This document shows positions 9,301 through 24,300 of a DNA stretch of 64,000 bases, piece by piece. Within the stretch, counting starts at the first letter, position 1. The number at the start of each line of letters is the position of its first letter. The notes beneath the pieces were generated by a model. That model was not told the origin of the DNA and did not search any database. It saw nothing but the letters and a program-made list of their open reading frames with translations. The translations under genes and the position numbers were made by a program. The stretch spans positions 4,951 to 68,950 of the forward strand of contig CANIQT010000012.1 in the NCBI GenBank assembly GCA_947469885.1. Direction: 5' to 3'. Source of the DNA: Bacteroidota bacterium (lineage in GTDB: Bacteria > Bacteroidota > Bacteroidia > 2-12-FULL-35-15).

Positions 9301-12300
9301 CCATTCTATGGTAGTTATACCTACAGGATAAATTCCGCTTGCATCATCTGTACCTGTTATATTATTAACAATATAAACTCCAGGAGAGTTATCTCCGAAA
9401 ACAGGTGTAGTTACCACAACTGCTGTTTCACACAAGCCTGCATCTGCACTCAGTGTTATAGTTCCATCACAAGCAATAGTAGGCATTTCTCCATCTGTTA
9501 CCGAAATGTCCTGATGACAGGTAGTTGTATTTCCATGTACATCGGTAACCGTCCATTCAATAGTTGTTGTTCCAACAGGATACACGTCAGTTGCATCGTT
9601 TGTACCATTATAACTATTAGCTATTGTAACGGCAGTACAGTTGTCTGAGAAAGTTGGAGTTACCACTGATACAAAGGCTGAACTCTGTCCTGGGTCATTT
9701 ACCTGAGTCTGTGCAACGGCACATACAATCATCGGCAATTGATCATCTGTAACAGTAATATCCTGATGACAGGTAGATGAATTTCCATATCCATCTAATA
9801 CCGTCCATGTCAAGGTAGTTGTTCCAACAGGATATATATCACTTGCATCATTTGTATTATTATAATCGTTAGTGATAGTTAAGCCAGTACAATTATCAGC
9901 TGTTTGAGGAGTTGAAATCGAAACAAAAGCTTCACACATATCCAATTCTGCAGTCTGAAATTGTTCAGAAGGACAAACAATTGTTGGCAACTCATCATCT
10001 GTAACTGTAATGTCCTGATGGCAGGTAGCGGAGTTTCCGTTTCCATCCTCAACCGTCCAAATAATAGTAGTAGTTCCAACTGGATAAACATCACTTGCAT
10101 CTGCTGTATTATTATAATCATTCGAAATTGTTGAACCAGTACAATTATCTGCAATACTTGGCGGAATCACAATTACAAACGAAGAACACTGATTCAAATC
10201 TGCAGTCTGAAATTGTTCAGGAGCACAAGTTATCAGAGGCAACTCATCATCTGTTATTACAATATCCTGGTGGCAGGTTGCGGAATTGCCATGATCATCA
10301 ATTGCAGTCCAAATTACAGTAGTAGTACCAACAGGATAAATACCACTTGCATCTGTACTATTATTATAGTCGTTTGTAAGTGTTGATCCAGAACAGTTAT
10401 CTGTAAACGAAGGAGGGGTTACTGTAATAAAACCGGTACACTGATGTAAATCAGCAGTGTGAGTTTGTTCAGGCGCACAGGTGATGATTGGTAATTCGTC
10501 ATCCGTAACAACAATGTCTTGATGACAAGTTGCAGAGTTTCCATGTCCATCCGTCACGGTCCATATTACGGTTGTTGTTCCAACAGGATACGTATCACTT
10601 GCATCCGGTGAATTATTGTAATCATTTGATATGGTAGATCCGGTACAATTGTCTGAGAAGGTAGGCTGAACAACCGTTACAAAAGTAGTACATTGACTTA
10701 AATCTGCCGTTTCATCCTGCTCAGGTGCACAAGTTATTAAAGGCAATTCATCGTCCGTTATTACAACATCCTGATGACAAGTTACACTGTTTCCGCTTCC
10801 GTCAGTTACTGTCCATATAATTGTAGTTGTCCCAACAGGATAAACATCACTTGCGTCTGCTGTAAAATTATAATCATTTGAAATTGATGCCCCTGGTGAG
10901 TTATCGGAGAAAGCCGGAGGAAACACCGTTACATAACTTGAACACTGTCCTAAATTCGCTGATTGTGTTTGAGAAAGCGAACAAGTAATAATTGGATCCT
11001 GAGTATCTGAAACGGTAACTACTTGCGTTCCTGTTGATGCATTACCACATGCATCGGTTGCTGTCCAAGTTACTGTTGTTGTTCCAACTGGATAAGGACC
11101 TTGAGGATCGTAAGTAATTGTTACAGCCGAACCAATATCAGTCCCGGTTGCTGTTCCAATTGGCTCTGTTGAAGTACCATTCCCTGTGTTTTCCTGAATT
11201 ACGATAGCAGGTGGAACTGTAATAACCGGAGCAATATTGTCTATAATTTTAAATTCAGCATAGGTAGAATTTGAGTAATTACCAGCTTGGTCATATACCT
11301 GGAATCCAACTAAACCACTTCGACCTGTAGTACCGCATTGATTTATCCAGTTGGCAGAGTTATAATCATTTACCCAATAATTATCAAGATGTAAAGCATC
11401 AGTACAATTGTCTGTTGCATCTGCATCTGCCCAATTGGTAATCAACCAATCATAAAACTCATTTACGTTTCCTGCACCGTCAGATTGTACTGTCATATTC
11501 TGCGCTGGCACAGTTATTACTGGAGCTTCTGTATCGTTTATTGTAATATCAAAATCACTTGTAACTGTTCCGCAGAGATTGGTAGCAGAAATGGTGACAG
11601 TGGTGATTCCCAAGCTAAAGAAAGTTCCAGAATTTTCTGAATAAGTAACTGAGGGCGAAGGAATACCTGCAATTGAAGCAGAATAATTAACTATTGCTCC
11701 ACAAACATGTAAATCATTACCAACTGTTATCGGAGAAGGAGGTGTTATTACTGGCATAGTACAATTCAATGCAAATGTCGCATTAATGGTATGGTCTGCA
11801 GATACGTTTATGAATGTATAAGTGTAACTACTTAAACCAATAGCAGCATTAACGGTCACCCCATCCACACTCAAATCATCAATGTGATAATTCGAATTTG
11901 CATTAATTGCATAAGGTGCGTCAGTTCCGTGACATACACCATTATTAGCTCCACTTGGCGAAATAGTTCCATTTGCAGCAGCCGAAGCATTAATGGTAAA
12001 GTTTCTTGGAATAGTCACCGCCACATCCACTGTACTTAATGAAGGACAAGCAGAAGGCTCAGTTGAATTTGAACCTACTGTATATATCACTACCTCGTCA
12101 GTCGTTCCCGAATTGGTTAAAAAGTCAGTAATTGCATTCCCGCATGCACCAGCGCAATCCAACGGTCCATTCACATTGGTAGAATAATTCGGATCCACTG
12201 TCCAGTTAAAGTCAGGGTTACCAGCTGCTGTGATAGAAATATTTGCATTTGTACCACTGCAAACAACGGCAGTAGGAGACACAACTGGGTCAGCTGGTGT

Positions 12301-15300
12301 AATACCTAATGTTGCATGGTGTGTTATCGGTGCTCCAGCACAACCCAATAATCCTATTGTTGAAACAGGAGTAATGATGTATGTTACTGTAGCGTCAGTA
12401 GAACCATTATTAACCAAAGGCTGATTAGTAGTATTTATTTGGTTACCACAACCTGACGTACATGCGCTCCATCCTGTTAAACTAGGAGAAGAGGAAGATG
12501 CTGTCCAAGTGTAAGTAGTACCCGGAGCAGATGCATTAAGCAATGTTACTGGTGCATCACCCGGACAATAGGTTATATCACTAACGTTAAGACCTGGTCT
12601 TGGATTTACAAGCACTGTTCTTGTCAAGGCAGCTCCCGTACATCCGTTCGAAGTTGGTGTTACAGTATATGTAATTGTTTGTTGTGTTGTCACACCATTA
12701 TTACTTGTTACTGTATTATTTAAAGTAGAACTATTTTGTGTAATCAAACTCTCCCCGGTTGTATTAGCATTATTTGCCGCAACCCATGTAAATGTTGAAG
12801 CAATATTTGCTGTTAAAGGAACACTGATTGCGGAACCACTACAAACTGTTGCCATTGGAGTAACATTGGTTACCGTTGGTTTTGGTTTTACGGTTACCGT
12901 TACTGTAAATGGAGTACCTGCACACACATCTGGGCTAGGACTTATAGGAGTCACCGTGTAAACCACATCCTGATTTGTAATCACACCTGTATTTAATGCA
13001 AGTGTATTGGTAATAGTACCAAGGGTTTGATTACTTGTACTTTCTCCGGTTACGTTTGTATTATCAGCCGCCACCCAACTCCAAGTTCCCCCTGGAATTG
13101 AAGAGTTAAGTGCAACAGATGTAGTGGCTCCAGTACATATACTAGCTGTAGTAGCAGTAGTTCCATTGGTAGCTATTGGTTTAATAGTTACCGGAACAGT
13201 TCCCGAAGCATGACAACCGCTACTTGCAGTAGCTGTTACCGTATAAGTGGTAGGCGATGTAATGTTCGATCCTGTTACACTTGGTCCTGTAGTTACACCG
13301 CCAAGGAATGTAACCGGAAGCCAGGAGTAAGTAACTGCAGGGGCTACACCACCTGTTACTGTAATAGTAAAGTCGATTGTAACACCTGAAGTGATGGCAC
13401 TAATACTCGAAACACCTGCTATAGCGTTTGCTGTGATATCCGTATTTCTTATTCTCAAACGGTGATTACCGTTAGGACAAGATGCCGGAATGGTAAGAGC
13501 TGTTACTAATGGATTAACTCCAACAGAACTAGTACATAAAAGTTCAGAAGCATCTTCAAAACTACCATTGTCGTTCATATCAATCCAAACCTTGTAAGAG
13601 TCATTAATGTTAGACTGAACCGAAACAGATGTTGCTGAGTTAGCTGCAAAAGTTCCAACAGTAGTTGTTCTGTTCAAATATCCCGGACTAACAGTAGGAG
13701 TTCCATTGGTATAAGCGAACCCTAAACCTGTAAAATTGGTTATTTCATGGCCTGTACTACCACCATTAGATGATACCGGAGTAGTATAAACTGGAGCTGC
13801 CGCTACACCTGCCGCAAGCACCGAACTGGTGTTGTTACAAATAGAAGCAGGAGTTGCAGTTACATAATTCAAGGTAATACCGGCTGCAACAGTGCTGATA
13901 GTTATTTGCGGAGAAGTAACACTACATCCAAATTCAGTAACAATTACAGAATAAGCTCCTGTAGAACTAGGCGAGAAAGTAGAAGATGTTGCTCCGCCTA
14001 TATTACTTGCTCCAAGTTTCCATTGATATGTTGGTGAACCTGTTGTAGTCGCATCCAAAGGAGCACCTACACCCGAACAGAATGTTGTGTTGTTTGGAGA
14101 TGTAATAACTGCAACTGGAGCATTCGCTGTTGTAATAGGACTTGTTGATGATGAACAGTTTGTTCCACAAGCATCCGTAATACTGCAAGCATAAGTATGT
14201 GTACCCAATCCTGAGTTTATAGTTGCTGTATTACCACCAAATGCTAATCCATCCTGAGTCCATACATAAGTATATGGTGTATTGCCTCCTGTAGGATGAG
14301 CAGTAACCGTTTGAACTCCAAGACAAGTGCTTACACCACCAATTGTCAACGCGCCACATGTTACAGGAGTAGCTCCCGCAACAGTAACCGTTTGAACCGC
14401 ACAAGCACCTGCTGATGTAGCAGTTACAGAATACGTATTTACCGGCAAGTTTGGAGGTGTTACTCCAGTTGGGTTTTGCAATGACGAACTAAAACTATTT
14501 GGTCCTGTCCAAGCATAGGTTGCCACTGGTGGAGTACCTGTTACAGAAACATTATCTACTGCAGGATTTGCAAATGGAGTAACTCCATTACTCTTGAAAG
14601 TAAATACTATCCGAACTGTTGTACCAGCAACACCACTCAATGGAATAGATTGTAAGGTATAGTTAGCAATAGCAGTAGAAGTATTAGTATATACCTGCGT
14701 AAACCCTCCCCCAGGTAATGTTGCTGTTGTATTATAAACAGGGGTATTAGAAGGTGTTGTCGTATAAACATAAAAAATGTCATTATTCGGATCAACAGTT
14801 GGCATTTTATAGTAGAAACTTAAATTCACATTGGTGTAATCAGCTGGAACAACAACATCCCTGTAAAAATGCCCAACACTGTTTGCTGTATTGTTACCAT
14901 TGTAATTATTATTTGTTTCACTGCCCTCATAAGCGGCATAAGTACCTCCCTGAACGCCAGGAGCAGTATTAACACCCCATTGTCTATTTACCGCACCCTG
15001 TGCTTCACTCCAACCACTCGCAGCCAAACCAACTGTGCCACCTTCAAAACCACCGTTTGTGGTAGGATCCAGTAATGTAGGACTCAATGTAGAAACACTT
15101 GCCAACAAATTAATAGTTCCCCCTGCACAAATAGCAGGTGGATTCGAACTAGCTGTTACACCAGAAAGGAAAGGACTCAACGTTACCGTAGCCGTTACCG
15201 GTGTTGCAGGGCAACCTCCGTTGCTTGCATTAATAGTAAATGGCACAGCTGTAGAGGTTCCGTTTGATGTAGTAAAGTTACCACTTATAGTTGTAGCAGT

Positions 15301-18300
15301 TCCACTTGCAGCCGCTGTTGTAGTTATTCCAGATGGGCTTGTTCTTGTCCAAGAGAAAGTAGCACCAGAAGGTGTACTTGTCAGAACAAATGGAGTCATA
15401 CTAGCACCAGAACAAATGGTTTGAGACAATGATGGACTCACATTGATGGTTGGAATGGCGATGAACGACAACGTATTATTAGAAGTAGAACCACAGGTAG
15501 TATTCAAAGAAACAGCAACATTGTTTCCTGATACACTTGCATTTGGAACTACTGTAATAATTGAATTACTGATAATGGTAAGTCCTGTAGTTGCCAATCC
15601 TCCAATGGTTACACTTGTGGTTGTACCTAAGTTGGTACCGTTAATTTGAACAGGAGCACCCGGACAACCCGCATTGAAGCTGGAAATACTTGGTGGTGTA
15701 CTGTTCACATTCACTGCCACCGTACCCGTATTCGTACATCCGTTAGAAGATGTAGTTGTTGTTACCGTATAAGTAGTAGTAGATGAAATACCAGTTACTG
15801 TAGGATTTTGTAAAGTGGATGTTCCACCCAAGAAGGTAGTCGGACTCCAACTGTATCCTAACGTGGCTGCACCTGTAACGGATAACGCAATTGACGAGTT
15901 ACCAGTAGCACAAAGTGTAGCAGGTGTAGCTGTTATCGAATTGATAGTTACACCCGGTAACGGAGTTATAAGCTTGGTTGCTGTTGCAGTACATGAATTA
16001 GCATCTGTAACTGTAGCTGTATAGGTAGTTGCTGAAGAAGGCGTTGCCGTTACGGCTTGTCCAAATGTCGGAGTTAAGCCGGAAGTTGGCAACCAAGAAT
16101 AATTAAGTGTACCTGTTCCTCCGCTTCCTGTAACGTTAAACGAAGCAGAACTTCCTGGAGAACAGAACTGACCGTTTGAAGGTGCTGTTATCAAAGAAAT
16201 GGATGGACTAGGGTTCACATTTACAGTAACCGAAACCCTTGTTGGGTTAGGACAGGTTGCTGTATTTGCTTCTGCCCAATATGTGGTAGTTGTGGTTGGA
16301 GACACAGAGAAATTAGCCCCTGTAGCCGAAGAACCCACCAATGTTCCACCAGTTTGCTGAGTCCACCATTTAATAGTAGAGCCGGTAGAAGAAGTAGCAT
16401 TCAGATTAGCTGAAGTACCAGAACAGATAGTGGTAGGTAAAGCAGTAACACTTGTTGGAGTTAAAGCGCCCGGCAACACTGTTTGATTTACATTGGTTGC
16501 CGTAAGTGGGCTACATCCGTTTAATGATGGAGTAACTTTGTATCTTACCGTTCCGTTTGCTGCTGTAGGATTATTTAATGTCTGAGCAATAGAGGTACCA
16601 CAACTTGACGAACAATTACTATAACCTACCACACTTCCCGCAGAAGTAAGTAATTGTGTTGTCCAAGTAAAGGAAGCACCGGAAGGAGTACTGCTTAAGT
16701 TAATCGCAGTAGTATTTCCACCGCAAAAAGCAGTAGGAGCTGACGGAGAAATGGTTACACTTGGCACCGTATTCACGTTTACTGCTATTGTAGCGGATGG
16801 ACCTGAGCATCCTGCACCGAAATAAGGAGTAACTACATAATTTACAACACCAGTACCTGTTAAGGTTTGAGCTATTGAAGTAACGTTAGCTAGACTTGAA
16901 TTACTGAAACCTGTTGTGGTACCCGAAGCAAGCGATGCTGTCCATTGATAAGTGGCACCTGCAGGAGTACTTGTTAAAGCAATATTACTTACCTGCCCAC
17001 TGCAAGCCTGTTGAGGAGAAGTAGTAGCCACATTTGGTATTACCGGTGAAGTAACAGTAATTGTATAAGGAGAACCAACACAGTTGTTCAAGGTAGGAGT
17101 AACAATGTATTGAATTGTTCCCGCACCACCCAACAATTGTTGAATTGCCGAACCACAAGAACCTGCACACGCACTGTACCCAGTTGAAGTACCGGTAACC
17201 GTACCAATAGTCCACGTAAACGTAGAGTTAGCAGGTGCAGTAGTTAATAATATATTTGAAGTTGCGTTGTTACAAGCACCCACAGCACTTGGAGTAGTCA
17301 TCACAGGAGTTGGTTTTAATGTAGCACTACCATTCATGGTAACGGTACAACTTCCAGATGTAGTTTTAACAGTATAAACTCCAGGAGCACTTTGAACACC
17401 AAAAGAAATTGGAGAACCAGTTCCTGGTAAAGAAGCTCCTGTAGCCACACCATCTAAATATAAATCATAGGTTAAACCGGATTGAGAGCCATTTAAACCT
17501 AATGAGAAATTGCCAGCGGCTGAACAATCAGAACCAGAAGTAGTGATAGAGAAAGCTGTAGGCGAAGGTGATACTACCACAAAGAACGAACAAGTTGAAG
17601 TATTACCTGAAGCATCTGAAGCTATAAATGTATTGGTAGTTGTTCCAACCGGGAAAGAAGACCCGGAAGGTAAACCTGTAGTTTGAACAATGGTTGGGAA
17701 AGTAAGATTCCATGTAATTACCACCTGGCCATTACCTGAAGGATTAAATCCTGCTACATTATTCTGATTTGTACCTGAATTATAGGAACCTCCTCCTCCA
17801 CCATTGGTAGGATTATTCCACGAGGCACCACCACCAGAATATCCACCACCACCACCACCAGCAGTGTTTCCACCGCCTCCGCCACCACCAAATCCACCAT
17901 TACCGGTTGCAGTACAAACAATACCTCCTGTAGCACCATTGACAAAACCGTACCCATAAGTATTAGGGCAGCAACTGGCGTTTGCTTGTCCATTAGACAA
18001 TAAACCTCCTCCATTACCACCGCAAGCACCTCCACCTCCGCTGAAAGTGGTCGCTCCATTACCATTTATACCACCCAAACCATAATTAGCAGGGGTACCT
18101 CCCAAGCCGCTGTATCCATTGACACCAGACGTAGTAGTAACTGCATCCGCACCAACAGGTGTATAAGCATTGGTACTTACTGCAATTCCGCCACCACCTC
18201 CGGCAACAATTAAAGGGGTATTAGTACTTGTGGTAACAAATGAACCACCACCACCACCACCGCCTGAACTGGTAGCCCCATCAGCACCAACTCCTCCAAC

Positions 18301-21300
18301 GAGTACTTTAAGTACCTGACCTGGAGTAACTGCAATATCTCCTTGCATTTTTGCTCCTTTTCCCCCTGCCGGAGTAAATCCAGTGGTAATTCCACCATTC
18401 GCACCAATTGCAGTTATGTTCACAGAATTAACACCTGGAGGAACCGTGAAATTAACTATTCCACCTGTATAATTAAATGTTTGACTTCCTCCACCTGTTG
18501 AAACACAGTTATCACTAACTGTAGGAGTAGCAAATGTTACTGTTGAAAAATTGCAATTTGTATTTGTCGGGAATGCATTAATAGTAGAAGGGCATCCTGA
18601 AATAGTAGGTGCTGTTGCATCATTAACCGTTACTGTAAATACAGCTTGTGTACTACAAACTCCAGTAACTGAAGTTACTGTTACTGTTGTAACACCATTG
18701 TTGAATACAGAACCTGAACCTGTACCGTTTCCACTAGCAATAGTAGCACCTGTTAACGCATAAGTAACCGTACCTGCACTAAAAGTACACGTATAAGTAA
18801 CTGTAGCATCGCAACTGTTCGAATTCGTATTTGCAGTTAAATTGCCTGGATTAGCTGTAACAGTAGGACCAGAACCGCTAAATATAAAGGTTTGACTTCC
18901 GGTACCTGTTCCTGAACCGGTAACAACGGTAATCACTCCTGAAGTACCTGTACCTACCACTGCAGTAATTTGAGTAGCAGAGTTAACAACATAAGATGCC
19001 GCATTGGTACCTCCAAATTTAACTGAAGTTGCATTAATAAAATTAGTTCCTGTGATTATAACAGTTGTATTAGAGCATGCTGAGGTAGGACTGATATTTG
19101 TAACAGTTGGCGCACCCGGACAAGCTGTAGTGGTCACCGAAACAGGACCTACCCATGAACCATGAGTAAATGCAGCACAATTAGAACGAACATATACCTC
19201 TCTAGTTGAATTACAAGGCAATCCAGTTAATACATAATTAACATTTGAACTCGTTGTTAAGATTGTACCTGTACCTGCTGTATGACCCACTGCACCAAAT
19301 TCAACATCCCAAGAAGTTTCAGTACAACCCGCAGCCCAGTTTACGACTGCGTCAAACTGACCAGGAGAAGTAACCGCTAAAGCGGTTGGGATAGGGCAAG
19401 AAGTTGGTGCAGCTATAGTTACTAAATAATCTTCTACTTCTCCAAATGTAGTAGTTGCGCATGGGTCTATTGTTGACCCATTTGCTAAACCGAAAATACA
19501 TCTTACTCTCAACCTGTGCTGACCAACCGGAGGATTACAAGCTAAAGTAACGGGGAATCCAACTGTTGAATTAGCTGGAACAGTAGTAAGAGAATATCCG
19601 ATTCTCTCAGCTGAGGAGAAAGACCCATCGTCATTATAATCTATCCAAGCAGCATAATTTTCGGAAAACGATGATGTTGAAACATTGACTGTATAGGAAG
19701 TGCTCGCCTGAAGAGTACATGTAAAATTTGCACCCAATGCTCCAAAATTAGTATAATCATTATAACCGGAAACTCCTGCAGGACAACCAAGACCGCTAAC
19801 ATTATTTAAAGTAGTGCCTGGAATCTGAACCTGTCCAATAACATCGTTATCGGTGCATCCGAATGTAACGTAAAGATTCGAAGTACAATAGCAAGTCTGA
19901 ACATTATTCATTACCACTTGTGTTGGAGTGGAAGTACCCACATTACCCTGACAGGTAACCAAACATTGGTAATAAGTTGCAACAGATTGCGTAGTTACAT
20001 AAGTAGCCGAAGTAGCACCTGAAATATTAACAAAATTAGAGTTGGTAGGTGACGATTGCCACTGATATGTTAAGCCACCACCGACAGGAGGGGTTGACAA
20101 AGAAAGTGTTAATGAACTAGCCGGACAAACACTTGCAAGCGAAGCTAAAGTAGTTCCCGGTGAAGGAGTACCAACACAAGGTGTAGCTATCGTAGTTACA
20201 GAAGAAGATGCTCCTGGTATATAATAACAATTAGTTATTGAGTTATAATCATAAATAGTAAATGTATAAGATGTTAACTGAGTTAAACCAGTTACATTAA
20301 CTGTATTGTTATAACCATCATACACCACAAAATTACCTCCACCTAAATTACTACCAGCACCAAAAACAGAGCTTGCTGAATAGGTCAACCCACCAATTGG
20401 GTCAACAGCAGTGGTAGAAGTTAAACGAGCAACCACAATTTCTCCGGCAGTCCCGTTACCTTGAATCCAGTTAACTGTAATACCTGTTCCGGTAGTGTTA
20501 TCTGTATATGGTTGAGAAATAGCATTAGCAGAAGGGGCAGAAATGGTAACTGTAGCACCTGTACCACATGTATTAAACCCAGCACAGTTTTCGTAATTTG
20601 CATAATAAGTAGTAGTAGCAGCAGGTCCGTTTAGTCCTGATAACGTAAGCGGACTTCCTGTTCCAACCAACGTTCCACCATTACCTGTACCACATCCTCC
20701 GTTATACCATTTAATCACAGCACCAACACCCGGTGTTCCACCCGATGCAGTTAATGTTACGGTTGGGAATGGAGTACATGATAATGCAATGTTAGAAGAA
20801 GCATTAGTAGTTCCTGTTGACAAGGTAGCCACAGGAATAGTAGTAGTGCTGCTAGGAGCACCCGCACAGCTTCCTGCCACATTAGCTGTAACAGTATAGT
20901 TTTGTGGCGGTGTAATGATTCCGGTTGTTTGAGTTTCGTTTACAGAAGGAGCAGGAGCATTAGAACCTGACCAAGTGTATGTATAATAATTGGATGTAGT
21001 AGAAACTGGAGCACCTACGGAAGTCAAAGGGAAAGCTCCTGTTTTTGAATCCGCAAGTATATTGCTCGAATTCATTTTATAATAGGCTACTAAATTGCTA
21101 AAATTAGGGTGACTTGCCGTTACTTCCCTATTCATCCAGCTTTGAATATCTGCATTTGTTAAGGCTGAATTCCAAACTCTGAATTCGTCAACCTGACCAT
21201 TAAAATACGCACCGCTACCCATATTGGTTCCATCGTTACTACCGATAGCATAATATAAAAGACCGGTATTAGGATTTTGTCTTGGACCTCCGGCTGTTGA

Positions 21301-24300
21301 GGTACCAGACGGTACTCCATTTAACAATCCATCCAACGTACCTCCATTGTATCTTATTACAACATGATTCCAAGTGCCAAAAGAAACTGTTCCGATTTGA
21401 AGAGCAGTCATTGACCAAACCCGAACCATCACTTGTCCGGAAGCAAGCACCTCTATCTGGCTATCGTGCCAACCTGAATTAACAGGAAGATTTCCCTGTT
21501 CAGATACTATAACTCCGGGACCTACTGCCTTGAACCAGATTTCAAGAGTTGTGTTAGCTATTGCCGCATTAGGTAAATTGGGTGTAAGTAAATAATCTGT
21601 TGTCCCATTTAAAGTAACGCCACCACCAGCAGGAGCTAAACCACTTGCAGTTAAAGTAGCGGTACCGTTAGCACACATTGAACCGCTATTAGCAACCACA
21701 GCTGCAGCTGGTGTAGGAAGTATTGAGAATGCAGTGGTTGCTGTTGAAGTAACAGAGCATGCCCCGTTGCTAACCACTACATCATAAATAGCACCCGATT
21801 CAGACAATCCAGGATTAGTAATTGTTAATGTAGCAGAAGTAGCACCGGAATATGGAGCAACATTCGATAAATTAGTTCCATTTTTTCTCCATTGATAACC
21901 TGTAACAGTTCCTGTTGCAGTAACAGAAATAGTTCTGGTTCCGTTACTAACGCAAACAGGTGCAGGAGATACCGGTTGAACGGTAATAACAGGAGTGTTT
22001 ACTGTAACTGTAACCGGAGGACGTGTTGTAGAAGCGCATCCTGAGATATTCCACGAAATAACAACCTGTCCGTTTCCGGTTTGAGCACCTGCAGTGTTAA
22101 CCTGGTTAGTTCCGGAATTGTAGGAACCACCGCCACCACCACCGGTATAAGGTTGAGTACCGGAAGTACTACCACCGGAGTATCCACCTCCACCTCCACC
22201 TTGTCCACCTGTCGACCAACCGCAACCTCCGCCACCAAAACCACCTATTGAAGTACCATTATTGGCACCTGTACCGCCATTCACATAAGCAAGTGGATTT
22301 GCAGACCCACCTGATCCATTTGTTAAAAATCCTGCTCCACCACTTCCGCTTCCAGTAACATTGGTTCCACCATTACCTGCGGTTCCACCAGCAACTAATC
22401 CGTTTCCGCTGGCTGTTCCAGATGTGGTTATTGAGGCATTTAATCCGTCTAACTGACCCGCACCACATGTTGCAATATTATTAGAGGCACCGCCTCCGCC
22501 TCCGGCAATTATTAAAGGTGTGTTTCCTGAAGCAACAACGAATGAGCCACCGCCTCCGCCACCTTCAGAACCATTTGTTAAGCCCTGCTGACCAACAAGT
22601 ACAGACAGTATCTGCCCCGGAGTTACCGCAAAAGTACCCTGCATACTTGCTCCTAAACCACCTGTGTGAGGACAAGTAGTAGTTACGGAGCCACCTTGAG
22701 CTCCTTTGGCAAGAATTGTTACAGTTGAAACACCAACAGGAACTGTAAATGTACTTATTGAACCTGTGTAATTAAAAGTTTGAGAACCCACCGCTCCGTT
22801 ATTTGCTTCCGCATAATAAGTAGTGGTTACAGCTGGTGTAACACCAAAATTGGCTGCCGAAGCGGAAGTACCTAATAGGGTACCATTTGTAGCAGCGTTG
22901 TACCAGAAAATAGAACTTCCTGCAGAAGTAGCATTAAGATTAGCTGCTCCGTTTGCACACACCGAAGTTGGAGTAGCTGTAACCGGTGAAGGAGCTGCAG
23001 GAACTGTATTTACAGTTAATATTCTTGCAGTTGAAGTAACAGTACAAGTTGTTCCATTACCAACCACACAAGTTAAAGAAGCATTATTCTCAGCTGCTGA
23101 AGGGTTTGTAATGGTTAAAGTACTAGTATTAACACCACTATAAGGTGCTGTGTTGGTTAAAGGAGTTACACCTTTATACCATTGATAAGTAGTGGCATTG
23201 GTGGCAGTAACACTTAAAGTTGCTATTCCGGCACCACAAATAGGAGCAGGCGTTACAGGTTGTACTGTAATTGCAGGATAAGTATTAACGTTAACGGTAA
23301 GTGGCACACGAGTAGAAGCACATCCAAGCACATTCCAAGTAATTACAACTTGACCGTTACCAGCATTATTTCCAGCAGTATTAACTTGCGAAGTTCCACC
23401 GTTGTAAGAACCACCTGCATTTCCAATAGTATTAACAGCTACACCCCATCCACTACCTCCGCTATATCCACCACCACTACCAGCTTGCTGATTACAACTT
23501 CCTACATAATTAGCAGCTGTTCCTCCACCAAACCCACCGGTTTGGTAAGAAGCAGCATAAAGTGCAGCAGGAGCACCTCCGGCACCACCTTGTCTGAAAC
23601 CTGCACCTCCAAAGAAACCATAAAGCACGTCATTTCCACCCGAAGTGTAGAAACCACCACCACCACCAACACAACTCATTGCAGGAGCTCCGTTTCCACC
23701 TGTTCCTGGGTTTGTTCCGGTACCCGAGGTTGTAAAAGGAGCACCAGTTCCTGTTGCACCACTATAAGCACCACCACCTCCACCAGCAACAATCAAAGGA
23801 TTTGCTGTTGCGAAACTTGCACCATCTGCAACAAAGGTTCCTCCACCTCCGGCTGGATACAATGTAGTAAGACCTGGACTTTGACCAACTAATATAGAAA
23901 GAACCTGACCTGGTGTAACCGCAAATGTTCCTTGCATGGTTGCTCCATTACCTGCTGTTGAACCAGATGTAAAACCTCCTGATGCTCCTTTAGCAGTTAT
24001 ATTTAATGAGGTTACAGTAGCAGGTACTGTAAAATTAACTATTGAACCTGTATAATTGATAGTCTGAGAACCTGATCCGCCATTGTTTGCCTCAACATAA
24101 TAAGTTGTGTTTACTGTTGGCGTTACAGGAAAATTAGCTGCAGATGCAGAACTTCCATACAATGTTCCGCCAACTGATTGGCTATACCAGTTAATGGTAT
24201 TACCCGTTGATATAGCAGAAAGATTAGCAGTACCACCTGTACAAAGTGATGAAGGATTTGAAGAAACTCCTGATGGAGGAAGCGGAGCTGATGATACCGT

